A stretch of DNA of 64,000 nt from a virus, in the IMG/VR virus record IMGVR_UViG_3300012156_000141, one strand, 5' to 3'. Position 1 is the first letter of the stretch. Each line of letters opens with the position of its first letter. Both the position numbers and the translations under genes were made by a program. The notes under the pieces were generated by a model. That model searched no databases. It worked only from the letters and a program-made list of their open reading frames with translations, and was not told the DNA's origin. This document shows positions 62,240-64,000 of the stretch, one piece after another.

Positions 62240-62652
62240 AAAGAAGAAGCGATTTTGTGACAAATTCTAGTAGCAGCAGTTTCTTGGTTGCTTATAAAGA
62301 TTTTACAGGTATTGATGCTGATACATTGTCTAAATACCCATTTTTAGCTAATATACAAAATATAATTGACACAATCATATACGTGGATGGTGATTATTCA
62401 GAGACGCGTCCGGGTGAGATTTACACGAGTCGTAAAGAATGGATAGAATATTTATTAGAGAATTATTATTGTAAAAGTGTTGAAGAGCTTTTGAAAAATT
62501 ATGATAATAGATTATATGAAAAAATATCCGCCTATTTTGATAAAGGTTATAAAGTTTTTGAGAAGTGGGTTGATTATAACGACGAGTCATTGTCAACTAT
62601 AATTAGAGCATTAGATGATGGAGAGAATTTCATTGTTTTAGATGGTGATTAA
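62236..62652 (+). CDS. VTNSSSSSF-tag protein 4
   Basis: MKRRSDFVTNSSSSSFLV; ATGA overlap with the upstream stop. Confidence 0.85.
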   Translation: MKRRSDFVTNSSSSSFLVAYKDFTGIDADTLSKYPFLANIQNIIDTIIYVDGDYSETRPGEIYTSRKEWIEYLLENYYCKSVEELLKNYDNRLYEKISAYFDKGYKVFEKWVDYNDESLSTIIRALDDGENFIVLDGD

Positions 62653-62717
62653 ATGCAAGTTATTTATATTTCAATTACGCCATATTATTTTTATCAAAGA
62701 ATAATGGAGGATTTAAA

Positions 62718-62912
62718 ATGGATGAACCATTAAGAATGTACACCTTTCAGTTCAATAATTATATTGATGATTGCTTGGTTAATGAGTTTTGTAAAAATCA
62801 CGATGTTGTGCGAATTTGTCCACCAATTGCAATTCCTATGGAGATTTATACAGACGGGAGACAGTGTGGAACTCTAGTCCAAGTTACTGTAATTTACAAC
62901 GAGGTAAAATAA
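62718..62912 (+). CDS. Small hypothetical protein
   Basis: GGAGG RBS; CATATTA box at 62681; UUCG terminator downstream. Confidence 0.75.
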   Translation: MDEPLRMYTFQFNNYIDDCLVNEFCKNHDVVRICPPIAIPMEIYTDGRQCGTLVQVTVIYNEVK

Positions 62913-63081
62913 CAAGAAAAGAAGCTTCGGCTTCTTTTTTGTATTGTTGGAAAACAGCAGAAAGCATGGTGCTCTTTTTTGTTTAATACCATCATAATAC
63001 ATGATAAACGCAAAGACCATATTGAAGAAACAAAAATCTGACATAATATATGTAAATAAGAATAAAGGAGAATTGTAAATT

Positions 63082-63396
63082 ATGAATGAATCAAAGATTT
63101 ATAAGATAAATAGCTATGGAAAAACTTTTGATATTCGTTTAGATGTGACGAGCTATATGAATTCTCACTTTGCAATTACTATGTCAGGCAAAGCAGATGA
63201 TGAAAACTGGTGGGAACCATATGACACTTTAACTACAAATTTTCCGGAATCAAGATCGGAAGGTTCTTATGCCTATGTCCAAGAAGACAAATATTTGGAT
63301 TTTGTTTTAGAAAATAAGTTGGGAGTAAAGACTGGTAATGTTATTAAAAGTGGGTTTAATACATATGTGGAAATTTATTTCAATGAGGACATTTGA
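63082..63396 (+). CDS. Hypothetical protein, DUF4313-like
   Basis: EPYDTLTTN and FVLENKLGVKTG...SGFNTY. Confidence 0.7.
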   Translation: MNESKIYKINSYGKTFDIRLDVTSYMNSHFAITMSGKADDENWWEPYDTLTTNFPESRSEGSYAYVQEDKYLDFVLENKLGVKTGNVIKSGFNTYVEIYFNEDI

Positions 63397-63414
63397 TAGA
63401 ATAGGAGGAACGAA

Positions 63415-63696
63415 ATGCAAGGATTAAATACGGAAGAAGTAAAAGCACTGGTGGCTTATATTGCTCAAAACAATAGTTGGGAACATTTATATGACAGCCG
63501 GAAAAGAAAGAGAAAAATTCCCAAGTACTACACGATGACTTACGATTCCAGAACTAATGATATGTGGAGAATTGAATTTAACCAAATCATTGGTGATGAT
63601 TGTAAAATTGATGAATCAGTTGTATTTAGAACTGAAAAAGGGTGTGATTTGAAAACCGAAATATATAATTGGTTGGAGGAACGTGCTGAAAAATAA
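63415..63696 (+). CDS. Hypothetical protein
   Basis: AGGAGG RBS; operonic spacing. Confidence 0.75.
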   Translation: MQGLNTEEVKALVAYIAQNNSWEHLYDSRKRKRKIPKYYTMTYDSRTNDMWRIEFNQIIGDDCKIDESVVFRTEKGCDLKTEIYNWLEERAEK

Positions 63697-63714
63697 GAAC
63701 TGAGGAGAAAATTA

Positions 63715-64000
63715 ATGAGTAAAATTTTAGAATTGGCAAAAAGAGCTGACTCTGTCCTTATCTTTGACATTGATGGAGTATTGGCACCTTACGAATATGG
63801 AGATACGAATCACAACGCTTGTAAAGATGAGGACTGGGAGAACTATATTGCTTGTAATAATGTCTACGAAACAGTAAGATCAATAAAAACAATTCAAGAG
63901 TTCGTGATGAATAAGGATTCCAGTAAAATCTATGTCTGCTCTGTGGCAGCATCATATGAAGTTGAACTAAAGAAGCAGTTTGTTGTGCAAAATTATAGTA
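63715..64000 (+). CDS. HAD-superfamily hydrolase, truncated by the window end
   Basis: GAGGAG RBS; MSKILELAKRADSVLIFDIDGVLAPYEY contains HAD motif I DxDGV. Confidence 0.8.
   Translation, partial: MSKILELAKRADSVLIFDIDGVLAPYEYGDTNHNACKDEDWENYIACNNVYETVRSIKTIQEFVMNKDSSKIYVCSVAASYEVELKKQFVVQNYS

Noticed and set aside
2471-63955. Many short antisense or alternate-frame ORFs nested in long genes
   Set aside because: Shadow ORFs of well-supported genes, without RBS or recognisable motifs.
1-64000. CRISPR array, tRNA or rRNA genes
   Set aside because: No regularly spaced repeats with unique spacers and no cloverleaf or rRNA signatures found by eye.

Overview
AT-rich window from what looks like a large mobile or extrachromosomal element (megaplasmid, ICE or jumbo-phage-like) of a Clostridia host, probably Lachnospiraceae; this is inferred from the protein families and no replicase, integrase or virion gene was recognised. 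Genes are mostly on the + strand, in short units of A-tract/T-tract terminator, CATA(C/A/T)T(A/G) promoter box, RBS and ORF. Recognisable content: RecJ, an SbcC/Rad50-like ATPase, a metallophosphoesterase, a RuvC-like nuclease, FtsH, a MecA-like adaptor, a J-domain membrane protein, two HD proteins, ASCH, PcfJ-like and GNAT-like proteins, a class B sortase, three very large secreted/surface proteins, three transglutaminase-like proteins, four copies (two decayed) of an ankyrin gene and many phage-like hypotheticals. Best leads: (1) an operon with a non-canonical radical SAM/SPASM enzyme followed by four dissimilar proteins sharing the N-terminal tag MKxRx(D/G)(F/Y)VTNSSSSSF; (2) a ~490-nt highly structured ncRNA candidate with a partly group-I-like core; (3) an element-wide promoter box resembling sporulation-sigma -10 elements; (4) ankyrin genes resembling giant-virus ankyrin proteins; (5) inverted-repeat-bracketed modules including an unannotated type I toxin-antitoxin-like locus. 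All family calls come from reading motifs by eye; no searches were run.
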